Source: Ramazzottius varieornatus (lineage: Eukaryota; Animalia; Tardigrada). Taken from it: a stretch of 64,000 nt of DNA. How positions within the stretch are numbered: position 1 is the first letter of the stretch; the number at the start of each line of letters is the position of its first letter. A program made the translations under genes and the position numbers. Location: NCBI GenBank assembly GCA_001949185.1, contig BDGG01000013.1, forward strand, positions 627,130 to 691,129, in the 5' to 3' direction. The notes under the pieces were generated by a model, which worked only from the letters and a program-made list of their open reading frames with translations, ran no database searches and was not told the DNA's origin. This document shows positions 24,469 to 36,469 of the stretch, piece by piece.

Positions 24469-26292
24469 TTTGTCATAATGGCCGCTACAGTTAAATGTAG
24501 TGTATATACAGTGAATATCGGCCAGAAGTAAGACGAATAGACGGGACAGAAGACGACGGAAATGGAGGAACAATAACCAAAATACAGCAACGAATGTTAG
24601 TCATGCCGTTTGCTGCCTAATCGCTCAACGCCGAAACTTGGGCTATGATCAAGACTAGTCGTTCAAAGTTTATAGGAAACGAAACGCACAACACCTTTGT
24701 GTCATTTATAAATGAAATGACCCAGCGCAAATTCAATAGCTTTGCTTGAGAAAATTCTTTTCTGAGGAAACCGGTATACCGTGTTGCAGCCAGCGCAGAC
24801 TTCCTTTTGAATACATTACCTGCTTTTGGTTCGCTAAACTGGTACGAAACAGAATGGAGTTATGTAAAGTCTAAAGGGAAAAAGATACTCTTGAGCTTTG
24901 TCTAGCGGTCGACGTTTCGTGGTCCGTATCTGCAAATTTGAATTCTCTTTGTCACGTTCGTACTACCGCTAATAGACAGGTTATCGATGGGGGCTGCCTG
25001 TCCTATCTTGTCTACTGAAGCCCGCAGTAGATCGAGCGCACTCAGTGCCTTTGTCAAGAGTCCTTCAGTCTCCGATGGTCGCGCATGTGTGGCGACACTC
25101 TGTGGTTCCATTACCGGCTCGGAGCTCGAGAGGTGCCCCCCGTCTGGAAGACCAACTGGTTCGCCAATCGAGCTTGACAATGCCACTTCCTGGTCTGCGC
25201 AGTGAGGTGCGACACAGTTTTCCGTCTTGATGCCTAAATACGAGCGCCTTTAAGGGAGACATAAAATAAGATCTTGTTCTAACCTCGTGAAAAAATCAAA
25301 TCAGACTTTACGTTACATATGGACACTCGATTTACTCGGCACTGGTCTACGATGAATGATAGAAGAGACGCAACCAATATTGATCCTGGAACTTACAATG
25401 AATCGCCACGATTTGCAGAGCGAGAAACCAATATGCGAAAAATATGGCCATTTCGTAAGGGAGGATTTTAACTTGTCGATAAGAATTTATACGAGGGTGC
25501 TGTCTCGTAGGAATCGCAAAATTGTTTCAGCGCACTGTATTCAATCTGGTCCGTTTACTGCCAAAACTTCGCTTGTCGATACTCATCTCATCATTTCCCA
25601 TCGACCGATGTCTGTTTGGTACTTACGGTTTGTAAGAACCATTGCTAGCCAGAGCGATCCTCAGCAGTTTTTCGAGAGGCTCCCTGTAGCTGAGGGAAGT
25701 GGGGTGCTGACTTCGAACCAAAAAATATGGTCTACGTCAAGAGCCCCACAATTGCATGAAGGGTAGTTCAAGAAAGCACGCATGCCGTATGTTTTCGGAA
25801 ATTTGGAGGAATGGATCAGTGGGAAATCTGGGAGAAGATTTCCAGCCAGGAAAGATGTTCGTACAAATTTTCCGCCCACGAATTCACAGAATACTTATAA
25901 TTATGAATTCTTTTGGGACGTATTCACGCTGGACTGTGTATGTTTTACTGTAATTCGAGAGACAATTTTCATCTTTCATAATCCCCGATCTCCTGCTGCG
26001 GTCACGCCCTCTACCGGTAGAAACGTACAGCCTGCTCAAGGAAATCTAACGTCAGCAGAAAACTTATCGCATCTGCAAAGTTTCACGCCATTACACAAAC
26101 CTTGCGTTGCTCGAAGCTTCTTAACACAGAAGCCTAACATGTAACTGGTTCACCTGTGGTCCATGCGAAAATCACTAGTTAGCCTCATTGTAACCAGTTT
26201 CCGTTCGCTAGCTGGGAGACTTGCGCTTCTGATCAGATCCCACTAACTCTGGTAATCGCTTAAGGTACAGTGCGTATTCCCACAAGTTCAGG

Positions 26293-27469
26293 ATGTCCGC
26301 TTCGCGCATGTCAAATCAGTAAATACTGCCCTCACCGCCGAACTCTCTCCATCCCAATCTCGTTTTCAAGAAAAATCATCCAGTGACTGCGGATGAACTA
26401 ATCGATCTGTATAACAGCTCGGGCCTGAACAGACCGACCAAGGACGAATTGAGAATGCAAGAGATGCTGGACAACAGCAACTTATTGGTCAGTGCTTGGG
26501 ATGACGGAAGGTTGGTGGGTGTGGCTCGTTCCTTGACAGACTGGGCCTTGTGCTGTTACGTTTCCGATCTGGATATACGGAAGGTAGACCTGAGGATGAT
26601 GTGGTTTCACCACACCACACCGAAAAAAACCACTCTTTTTTGTTTCGGTGTGCTTGAAACACCAAATCGAAAAATTGGTGTCCGAGTCACACCGAATTTG
26701 CCGTTTCGGTGTCTAGGAACACCACATCACACCAAACCGAAAACCTTTTGGTGCACCAGATTTAATGAGCTAGTCAGCTAGCTTGGGCTAGATGAGTATC
26801 GCATACTCGCTGTTTCGCCCCGTGGTTAATTCGACTAAATTTTGATTGTTTAAGCTGCGAAAATTTTCTTGTCAAAAATGGTGATTGACTTTATGGCTTT
26901 TTGCGCTTCTTCGGTCCCCTCTGAGCGATGGTTTTCGCGTGCTGGTAAGGTCGTTACCAAGCCTAGAAGTTCACTAGATAGTACGACCGTGCAAGCTTCG
27001 ATGTGTTTGAAATCTTGGTATTTTTTTGAGTTTCCTACAGCGCAGTTCGATTTGTCGATGACGGATCAATAAATTGGGAATTCGCTCTTTGAAACTTTTT
27101 TCGGTTTTTCGATTTGGTTTGGTGTGGTGCACCGAAAGAGTGGTGTCCGATCCACACCACACCGGAAAAAGTGGTGTGGCTTTCGCACCGAAAAACCAGT
27201 TTCGGTGTGGAGAAGCACCGAACCGAAAAACACCACACCACACATAACCACACTTTTCTCAGGTCTAACGGAAGGAGTACCAGAAAGGGGGTAGTGGAAA
27301 TCAGCTGATCATGCTCTCGAAGGAAGTAATCGGTCCACTCCCGGGCATCTTCCTGATGGCCGCACCCACCGCTATGGAGTATTACCCGAAACTCGGCAAG
27401 AAAAAGATAGAAAAGGGCTTTATCATACCGGGAACGGGTGGTTGCTTTGTGCGACATTCGGAAATCTAG
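26293..27469 (+). pseudogene. GNAT acetyltransferase pseudogene (paralog of 40795-41265), interrupted by a hAT element
   Basis: Near-identical to the 41265 gene. TAA at 26320 replaces a Glu codon. Removing 26585-27275 restores the frame DLDIRKEYQKGG...AAPTAMEYYPKLG to TAG at 27467-27469. Confidence 0.92.
26585..27267 (+). mobile_element. Non-autonomous hAT element (683 bp) retaining a transposase dimerization-domain remnant
   Basis: TIR TAGACCTGAG / CTCAGGTCTA. 8-bp TSD ACGGAAGG at 26577-26584 and 27268-27275. Many subterminal CACCA/CACCG repeats. 26869-27072 encodes ASSVPSERWFSRAGKVVTKPRSSLDSTTVQASMCLKSW (hATC motif). Confidence 0.95.
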
Positions 27470-27884
27470 ATGACCAATGGTGTTCATCTAAGAATTATTG
27501 GTGATTAAAAGCCAAGCAGTTCAAACTGGTAAAACAGCTGATGCTGTTGTCGAGAAAAAAACTCTACTCTTCAAGGTCAAATAAAATGAAAATCAAGCGC
27601 TCGGTTCTTGCTATCGGCTCCTCGCACTGCAAGCACTGCGGCGCTGTAACTTGAAACGACAAAAGTATAAGTTTTGTGTTTCTGATAGTTGAACAAACAC
27701 TTCAACGACTATTTTGGCCTAGCGATGACTACGCTACGCGCACGAAGCGGAAGTTTGGAACCGGCGGAATAGACGGCAAATTTAGAGTTTATATGTCAGC
27801 TAGAGATAGGAATTCAACTGTGTGACATAATCTCCTTGTGAGTCAGTCTGTGACGACATAGCTCGATACATGGGCTGAAGCGTA

Positions 27885-27979
27885 CGGTATTACCTCTAAG
27901 GTNNNNNNNNNNNNNNNNNNNNNNNNNNNNNNNNNNNNNNNNNNNNNNNNNNTTGCGCGAAACCTTAGAGGTAATACAG
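27885..27979. mobile_element. pogo/Tc2-like element whose interior is lost in an assembly gap
   Basis: TA|CGGTATTACCTCTAAGGT - 50 N - TTGCGCGAAACCTTAGAGGTAATACAG|TA. The TIR resembles the inner TIR at 57000. Confidence 0.8.
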
Positions 27980-28775
27980 TACATCATGTACGACTGTACC
28001 GCAGCGAAACAAAACGTACAGTTTGCAAGCCGTGGTGGTAAAAATCAGCTGATCGGTAACAATCAGCGAAAAAAGTCTTTGCGCATGGTGCCAGTTCATA
28101 ACCCAATGGCCCATCATTTGATGAGTTTCTTTTGAGACCAAAACAATGTTATGCCCTCAATGGTCCCGCCTACGGTCGGTCTTGCCAACTGTTATGTTCC
28201 GGTTCTTATCCCAAACCAATCACGCAACTCGCCCGATCAAGGAACTGAAGGAACTATCAGATCTTTCGACTCCAGAGGGAAAGCCATTTCTCTGCAACAA
28301 TTTGTGCGGCGAAAAAGAGTCTGAGAGAAATCTATTCGCTGTATGAGGAGCAGGACCGAAAAACGCCATTCCTGAAGTTCGTGAAATGGAGCTTAGTTTT
28401 TGTGTATTCGATTCATCTGTATGCTTGGAAATTTCCCTAAAAAACGTGTCACGGTTCGAGCCGCTCGTTCCAACACGCACCATGTACGTATAGCAGTATA
28501 TAGCCAGTAATGCTATCTGCCGCATGCAGCAAGAAGCACCTGCCCGTGCCGCCGTGGGCGAAACGGTTTGTTCCAAACTTTACCTTCGTGCGTGTATTCA
28601 GATTAAGATCTTCCATATGTATGATTGCGCTGACTTTTCCGCGCCAAAGGCTTAATAAGTTGGCTCAGACACACGGCACGGTTTGCCGTAAATAATCGAC
28701 GTTTGCTGTTCTGTTTCTGAGTATTCCAGATATTGTGCCCAAATCTTTCCTTCAAACCTAGCCATACTGCGGCTG

Positions 28776-28782
28776 TATAAAA
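28776..28782 (+). promoter_or_regulatory. TATA box of the 28870 gene
   Basis: TATAAAA about 90 bp upstream of the ATG. Confidence 0.5.
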
Positions 28783-28869
28783 GCCAGTTTAATACCTAAG
28801 CACCCGCACGTAAGAAAACCTTATCCTGGATCATTTACACTGGTACTACTGAATTACAATTATTTCATC

Positions 28870-29175
28870 ATGCCTACGGACCACTCGAAGGACAAGGAGA
28901 CCAAGCATGAGAGTGTGGAAACGATCCACAGTGGATTCGGGAAAATCACAAGTCATACTTTTACTGAGGATCAAGGAGGCGAGGATCCCGGCATGAATTA
29001 CAGGGATAAGCGATCGACCAAGGTCCTTCCCGACGGTCGAGACAGGGTCCGCGGGCCAGTTCAGGGTTCGAACTCTTCAGGAGACGCAGACGAGACAATC
29101 GAAAATATGTCCACAACAACCGAAGTTACCAACACCGAGAGCAGCAACGTGAAGACGCAAAAGACTCAGCGTTGA
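28870..29175 (+). CDS. Small hydrophilic IDP (101 aa) with a CAHS-N-terminal-like EDQGGEDPGMNYRDKR module
   Basis: Clean ORF with no Cys/Trp, upstream TATA, and clear paralogy to 31487-31780. Confidence 0.8.
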   Translation: MPTDHSKDKETKHESVETIHSGFGKITSHTFTEDQGGEDPGMNYRDKRSTKVLPDGRDRVRGPVQGSNSSGDADETIENMSTTTEVTNTESSNVKTQKTQR

Positions 29176-29394
29176 AGTTTTTACTCTCTCGTGTCTCGTC
29201 CTTCGTGACAGTAAAGGCTTGCGCCCTTGTTATTCCACTGTTTTCACTTTCAAACTCAATACCCTGACTCTGTCAATTTTGAATTTGCATACAGCCGGTT
29301 AGGCTTATGCGATATTGTCTGTGGCTTGTTGAAAGGAGATAAAATCGTAGCTTCGAAAGCAAGAAAAATCGTCGTACTGCGAAGTCTAACTTCT

Positions 29395-29430
29395 GTTGTG
29401 TTGTGTTGTGTTGTGTTGTGTGGTGTTGTT
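29395..29430. repeat. (GTTGT)n microsatellite
   Basis: Direct observation. Confidence 0.85.
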
Positions 29431-31486
29431 GTGATATGCCAGTGACACTGGTTATGCTGTTCGTAGAAAGCGTAGGCCTTGTAATTAACAAAGCCCGGTA
29501 CGGCGCAGACCTTCAAGTCGAGGCACCATGTTGTCGGCTGGATCATGGATGCCCCCTGCCATACGAGGTTCGTGCCATGATAGGGGTGGGTACACAAATG
29601 TTGCTGACCTTAATTTTTGGCACTGACCTCGGTGGTATACCGTTGACGGCGGTGTACCCTACGACTTGACAAAATATAGCGCAAGTTTAAACTTTTAATC
29701 CAGAAACTAAATCAAGAGTGAGTTCATCACTTATGCAGATGTAACGCGTCAGTCCATACATGATTCTAAAGAAGCTGAGATCGTAACGGAATTGATTTCT
29801 GAAATACCTGTCATTCTGTGTACATGTGAGTATCAAGGCGAATGTTCTATGAATTCCACACAGACAGTACGCTCACCGCGGCGTCTGTGTAATGTCAGGT
29901 AGACTTGCGATACAGATCACAACTTGAACCAAGTGGCTAAAGAACGAGGGATATTCAGGGATGCTAAAGTAAAATTTGAATATGCGTTATGACATTATTT
30001 GATATGTGAGCACGTGTCCGACCGAGATGCAAGCCATGGGATTCGATAGCATGATATGTGATAGAAAATGTTGGATGTAGGAAACTATCTTCCTCTACGG
30101 ATTACATCTAAATGCGTGTTAGCACGAAGGCAGGTCATCCTAGGCTTCGTGTTCTGTATATTTCAACGTCAAGGTGCCATAGTACGGACAAGTTAGATGA
30201 ATACCGCAAAGCAGAAAAAATGAATAAAAACTGTGAAATGAGGGAGACCAAAACGCCCAAACTATCTCCCGTTGAAAACAACTGGCTATACATCTGGCTT
30301 TGGCGTTCCCGTTGACATATGTTGCTTCAACGACTAACGAAATGGAAAACTTGCAAATAAGCTTGGATTATAAAGGACACTGAGATTACGCCGAGGGTTG
30401 TTGCTCCAGTGGGAAGTTGAATTCCAAATCTTCCATGGTCAGCTCTGCTGGAAGATCGGGATCGTCTTGAATATCCGGCATTGGAACATCAGGGTTCGGC
30501 GTGGATGGAGCTTCCGGCGGAATTCTGCGCTTCATCCTTTTTCAGAGAAATCTGAAGACGACTTCTTGATGGTCGACGATGAAGTCCTTGTGAACCATAA
30601 TCAGCGTAAGGAATGTCAGTTTATCGTTCTTCATTCTTGTTCGAAGATAAATTTGATTACGACGTGATGTTCATGGTAAAAGATGTATATCAACGCTAAA
30701 AGATTGCACGTGTCGATATGTCATGCTCCTTGGTTCAGTGGTCAATTTGCGTCTGACCAGCAGTGCAACTGACTCAAAATACAATTATTGATATCACACC
30801 ATAATTGCACAGCCATGCTGTGGTCCGTTTCCGGTTGGACCCTAAAACAAAGGGTCCGATACCCAAGTAAATGCTCCCTACTGACGGATCATGGCACACA
30901 CGTTTTGAATGGCGGCATCCATGGGCTGGATTAAGATCAGTGTTACTTAAATCATTAAAATAAGAAACCATTTTTAATAATCAAAATCGTTTTAGTTGTG
31001 CGGGTTGGTGCTCGCTTGATTGATTGATCCCTTATGAAAAAATCAAATTTCAATAATTGAAATTTCGCAGCGATAATTGATTTTACTTGCAGTCAGCTGA
31101 TCACATAGACTTAACATTAGGACGTGACTTTTAATAATTTCAATTGCATAGTATTGATAAAATAACACTGATTAAGATTGCAGCTGAGCGCATATGAGTA
31201 ACCGAGCCATTCGTGATGGCTTGACTGTTGTGCTACCGATTAGGAAACTGCCGCCCGCCATTTCCCATGTCCTGGAGGCTTTGACACTTGTGCGTTCGAT
31301 CCGTCTTTCCGTAAACAACAGCGCCGTTTCTTTGTTCTGATCGAAGTTTTCGATTTTTAAAGGTACTGTATGCGAATATTTTACGGCCGGTTGTTTTCAA
31401 AAAGTCAGGTAAGACTGCGCCTTGCAGCGACTTTGTACATTTCTTTTTGTAATCCACTTTTCCTGACCCCGTTTCAGCAGCACATA

Positions 31487-31780
31487 ATGTCGGGAAAGGA
31501 GGTAAAGTATGAGCGGGTGGAGAAGGCGCATGTCGACGGAGACGGAAACGTCGTTTCTGTAGATGTCCGCGAAGACCAAGGTGGCGAGGACCCCGGCATG
31601 AATTTCAAAGACAAGCGTCAAGCCGATTTGGTTCCGGATGAAAGAGTCCTTGGGATGACTCAAGGGACGACTACAGGGGGCGTAGGCAGCGATCTGACCA
31701 CTGGTGTGACCACCACACGCACAACTACTGTGACAAATGCGGAATCCGTGGACCCCACTTTGACAAGACATATCCACTGA
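31487..31780 (+). CDS. Small hydrophilic IDP (97 aa) with a CAHS-N-terminal-like KYERVEK...EDQGGEDPGMNFKDKR module
   Basis: True start is ATG 31487, after a probable 5'-UTR intron (GTAAGA at 31409 to CAG at 31477). AATAAA at 31914. Paralog of 28870. Confidence 0.85.
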   Translation: MSGKEVKYERVEKAHVDGDGNVVSVDVREDQGGEDPGMNFKDKRQADLVPDERVLGMTQGTTTGGVGSDLTTGVTTTRTTTVTNAESVDPTLTRHIH

Positions 31781-32494
31781 GTATGCTACCAAGTCTGATC
31801 TTAGCATAGTTATCTGGTGAGCCATTTTGCTCCGCGAATTTGAACTTTGATAATAATTTTACGATGAGTTGTCATAATCTGTGAGATCTTCTGCAGCCAC
31901 TTTTGTGACATGTAATAAAACTCGATTTTGTGGTCATAATTATGTTTACTTCGGTGGGAGGGATCAGTCATTGCGAAGGCAGTCGCGGTCTGTGACAGTA
32001 AACAAAAAACAGCCCTGGGCGATCACCAGCACAGCATGCAATCTGCCTGTCTTGCAATGGTCAGGGTACTGCACATATGCGCCAGTGACTTTTAGACAAT
32101 GGTCGAGAAGTCATTCTTACGTAATATGTGCACGCATGGAGTATTTTCTTGAATATTGAGTACCGCACTCAACGTTTACGGTAAATTCCACAAAGAAAAG
32201 TCGTGGGGGCCACAGTTCAGCAGAGGTAATAGTACATTCTTCCGTTAGAAATCGGTTTGCCTTGTTTAAAGCAGTGCACGGAAGAAAGCATGACTGATGT
32301 AGAAATTAATCGTTTTATTGACCACGAATATTGTTTACCGGCGTTCGTGATATTAACCGTCTCACATTTTCCTTGCGGCGCTAAAACTGAAGTTATTCAT
32401 GATATGACATTTCAGAGTGCACAAAAGACTGGACGAAAACATTTTCTTTTTAGAAATGGTGAAAAATTGTATGATGGTGTGGTTATGAGCAAAT

Positions 32495-33780
32495 CTATCG
32501 GCGTTCAGTGTGTTGTTCGGTATGTTTAATCTGAGTGACGGTGGTGGGTCCAGTCTTGGTGGTGCTGCTCTTGTCGGCGGAAGTCTGGATTGCACCCTTG
32601 GAGACGGTGGTACCAATAGCGGACTCGACCTTGACATTGACGTTAGTCTGGGCCTTGGCGCTTTCCAAAGCCTCTTTAGCGGCATTGCGCTCAAGCTCGA
32701 GGGCTCGCATTGCGTACTCAGCCTCCAGCTGGATTTCTCTCTCTTGTCGGTTGACTTGGTTCTCAACCATTTCCTTGCGGAATTCTGAAAACAAAAGACG
32801 TCAGGTTGAAAACAAAGCTACGAGCCAAAGCTGCAGGCCTAAACCTTACCAAGATCACGGATGTGTTGTCGCTCCAAGATCTGTCGGATGAGTTCGGCAT
32901 CACGCTCCACTTCCTCTCGGTACTGGGCAGCGCGCATACCCGCGTCTTGCTCATCTTGCCTGGCCAGTTGCTCGACCTGTAAGAAGGTAATCACTTTGAA
33001 ACTCGTGCTTTCGGTATTGCGATCAAAAAGGGGCGTGATCGGAGCAGTTTAGATTTATTACCTTGGCCTTGTAGCGAGCATACTCTTCAGGTCCCAAATC
33101 CTTGCGCTGGATCTTGCTCAAGTCAACGGTGGTCCCTGCGGTAATTTCAGCGCGAGCTCCACCGCCGAGGTTAAGGTCGAGGTTGCTGTGGATGGGAGCA
33201 GCGATGTTGGGAGCAGCAACGGTCAAGTTCTGTAAATTGCAAAAAAATAAATTGAAAATCGGGAATATCGAAGAACCTTCGCCCTACTGTAACCCGAGCT
33301 GAAAAACTATGCCGGTTGATTCTCTTTTTCCACGAGAGCTCGTGCTTTGTCGTACAAGTTCGTACCTTGTCTTGGGTGACGGTGAAGCCGGTTCGGACAG
33401 ATTCCATGTTGGTGCTGCCGAAAGTTGTCACTGGGACTGCAACCAAGAAAGAACATCAGACCGGTCTCAAACATACTTGGAAAGATTACCTAACGTTAAC
33501 GGGCTAACGTTGCTGTTCACTTACCGGTGACGACGTGGGTCTCGCTTTCGGTTTTGGTACCATGCTTGATGACCTCACGCTCCTCATGGACCTCGGAGTG
33601 AGATCCAGGGGGGACGGGGACAGTTCGCTGGGCTCCACCGATGGTAGGTCCTCCACTGCTGGTGTGGACCTCGGTGCGCGAGTAGCTGGAACTTCCTTGA
33701 ACACCTTGACCACCTTGACCACCTTGCTGGCTGGAGGACGAGTGTTGGCTGGACGATTGCTGGTTCTGTCGGGAAGACAT
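32495..33780 (-). CDS. CAHS3: Cytosolic abundant heat-soluble protein 3 (303 aa)
   Basis: Exons 33780-33525, 33436-33366, 33229-33062, 32976-32850 and 32784-32495 total 912 nt with all GT-AG introns. Protein runs MSSRQNQQSSSQHSSSS...LERQHIRDLEFRKEMVENQVNRQEREIQLEAEYAMRALELER...HTERR and contains the CAHS helical motifs. It matches R. varieornatus CAHS3 as I recall it. Confidence 0.96.
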
Positions 33781-33893
33781 GTTTGCGACAGGGCGTTAGC
33801 GAAAGGCTGCGAAAGAATAAACAAGAGCTGGGTAAGTGCTGCAAAGTACACGGGAATAGTGTGAAGCTGAACTGACACAGTCGGCAAGTTTTA

Positions 33894-33925
<32 letters not shown>
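33894..33925. repeat. (GAC/TCG)n microsatellite just upstream of CAHS3
   Basis: About 10 trinucleotide units, roughly 115-145 bp upstream of the CAHS3 ATG. Confidence 0.9.
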
Positions 33926-35272
33926 TTGTGTGCTCAGCTGAACTTTCTGCCAGGCTTTTTCCCGACGGAAAATGCTGCGAGTTGTACAGGTAGTGATCAT
34001 CAAAGCGCGATAACAACAGCTTGTGTGGTGTGATTTCCTGATATCACCAGCGTGAGAGGTCCTATGAGAGTTAATCCACGGCAAAAACCGGCTGTACGCC
34101 TGGAAAAGAATGCGAGTGGCCTGTCGTACAGACGGCAATATGTCATGAGAATATGCTTGTCGACTCGAGCGGCGAGCCGTCTGGTATTTCCAAAGCTTGA
34201 CTCATTACTTAAGAAGAAGAATAACAGCCCGTATAGGTTGAAGGCGATGTTTACAAGAGATGTGTCGTTCACTATCGATAGGTGCGAATAGCAAACAGAA
34301 TAAAGGTTTTTCGCGCATATTGCCAAAGAAAACCGCATTCCACCGAAATATTCTCTTCGAACACTAAGAACGTCAGCAAACAATTCAACGAAGTGGACGT
34401 TATTATATAGGTCTTTCAGTGGAAATTTGCCGTTTTTTGCGTCAAAATTGTGAATTTCGTATGTAAGTAACGCGACTTTTGAAGCTTGGCTGATGTCCAG
34501 CACCAGTAACAAAGTCTTTTGTTTTTTTTGCTCAAGATCCACTTGAAACACAAAAAGCGGGAAGAAGGAAGAGTTTTAGAATAATAGTGATGCATGTTTA
34601 ACCAGGATTATTTTACGATTTTTTTATCACACGGTCAGCTCCGCCATCGCACCGGCAACACGGCCACTATGCAGCAGCACCTTTGAGCTATCAGTACCGG
34701 AAAAGAAAGCAAGAAGATGGTCCTTGGGGATTTTACAAAGAAGAATTCGTAGAAATCGAGGGGGTGGATTCCCGAGAACAACGTGCCCCAATTAGTGGGG
34801 TAATGACCTTTTCCCTCTCCGAACAGGACACGCTTTGTCAAAACTGAAGCGTGCAATCGATAACTTTTTTGTTGTTGTACCTTTCCACCTCAAGCGCAGA
34901 ATTTCACAAGCGCTAGTAGCAACAAAAGAATTTTTCTGTTGATAACATGGACGCCAAAATTTTCCCAAACGTCACAAACAGCTCCAAGAATTGATCCTGA
35001 GGCTGAAGTGAAGTTTCCTTATGCTCCGACGGAAGACACCATACACCATGCTCAGTGAAAACGAGGGTATCAAAATATTGCTTCTGACGAGCTCGAGAGA
35101 TAGAATTTTTTGAAATAAGCGTAGGAAAGCAGCAATTTCATACTGGTAGACCTTATACTATTCTTTTCTCAGTACTAGAACTGTTAAACACACGGACGAC
35201 CTGGACGAAGCTCTTTACGTTGTACACTTTGAAAAGGGGATTCCCACGTGATGTTTATTTGATTTTTCGTGA

Positions 35273-35663
35273 GAGCTCGTCTCACCACCGCCACCACCCG
35301 TGGCTTATGGCACCACCATCCAGAATTTGATTTCGATTGGTGGTGACTGAGACACTACCAAGAGCACTTTTGTAGTAAGCAGATTCTGCTGAAATACGGA
35401 AAGCTAGTGTTGTATGTCAGACCCGCGCAGTTTGCTCATCCGAACCTACGTTTTGGCTCTGTTGCCCTTCTTTCGTTGCAGCTCGTAATGACCCAGCTCC
35501 TCAGGCTCATTTCTGAGACGTTTGGTAACGATATTGACAAGAACATCAGTTTCGCGGTGGTGGTAGTGAAATCGTGATTTTCTGGTTGATCTCACCACAT
35601 TTTGTCTAATTTAGAGAAGTGTTGAGAGGAGGCCATCGGTGGTGTCGGTGGAGAGAGGAGCCC
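35273..35663. mobile_element. Tourist/PIF-like MITE
   Basis: Imperfect ~30-bp inverted ends GAGCTCGTCTCACCACCGCCACCACC / GGTGGTGTCGGTGGAGAGAGGAGCCC. TNA flanks (TGA/TCA, not identical). Confidence 0.6.
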
Positions 35664-36469
35664 TCATCTTGGTTTTTCGTCTAGCTTCCACCTCCTTTCT
35701 CGAGTGTATGCAGTCGTCCTTCCACTTGCCGTCATGGTGCAGCTTCATCTCCTGATAACTTCATTAGCTTAGAGCCTATCGAGAAAACAAAACAACAAAC
35801 AGAACCGAGATGGCCATCAGTGATGCCGCTAAAAGAGGAGATAAAGGGTACAACCTTCTGGTCGGTAACTGTAATCCTGCCGCCAAAAACATCCTAGCTG
35901 TGAGAAAATGATGATTCCCGCCAAATTAAAGCGATCCCAGCTTCTAACACAGCTGTCTCCTAAAAGCGTCACGCCACACCACTTGGTCCTATTCATAAAA
36001 AAATTCGTTTTTCTTGTTCTGTAGTCCTCAAGCAAAACCGTTTTCCTGAGTATTGGCTCGGGGAAATAAAATTGTTTGTGAGGGGTGCAGGCGTATTTAG
36101 AGGGTCTGGTCAAGGTCGCCTTCTCCCGTGTGGAGGTCTGGCGGGTTCTTGTTGCAGTATAAAGTATGCTGGCAGGTAAACAGAAGTCCCAATACTCACT
36201 CAGGTGTGGTGTATATGCAACGATAAAGTTTATGCAATGACCTTCTGAATAGCCGCTAAGGGATGGCCTTCAAAAGACCGCTCTTGGCGGACCGAGAGAT
36301 AAGGTCCACTTTAACTGTTGGCAGTATGGACAGCAGTATAAGAAAGAGCTGGAGGGACAGAAGCCATGTCAGTCTTTCCGGTGCAGCTCCTACTGTAGTT
36401 TCTTTCAGTCGTGAATATAAAAGTATTGTGACGAGTAAGAGTCTGTCTTTCTACAGCGAACCATTAACC

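Noticed and set aside
26584-27262. hAT element could be spliced out as an intron (AAG|GTAGAC...TTTTCTCAG) and rescue the GNAT
   Set aside because: The spliced product reads GTC TAA (stop) at once, and an upstream TAA exists anyway.
30386-30535. 49-aa acidic/Pro-rich - strand ORF between the two mini-genes
   Set aside because: No similarity to the EDPGMN module and no other support.
33584-34551. 184-aa and 183-aa ORFs upstream of CAHS3, including a poly-Asp run
   Set aside because: Poly-Asp is the (GAC)n microsatellite; the region is CAHS3 promoter/UTR.
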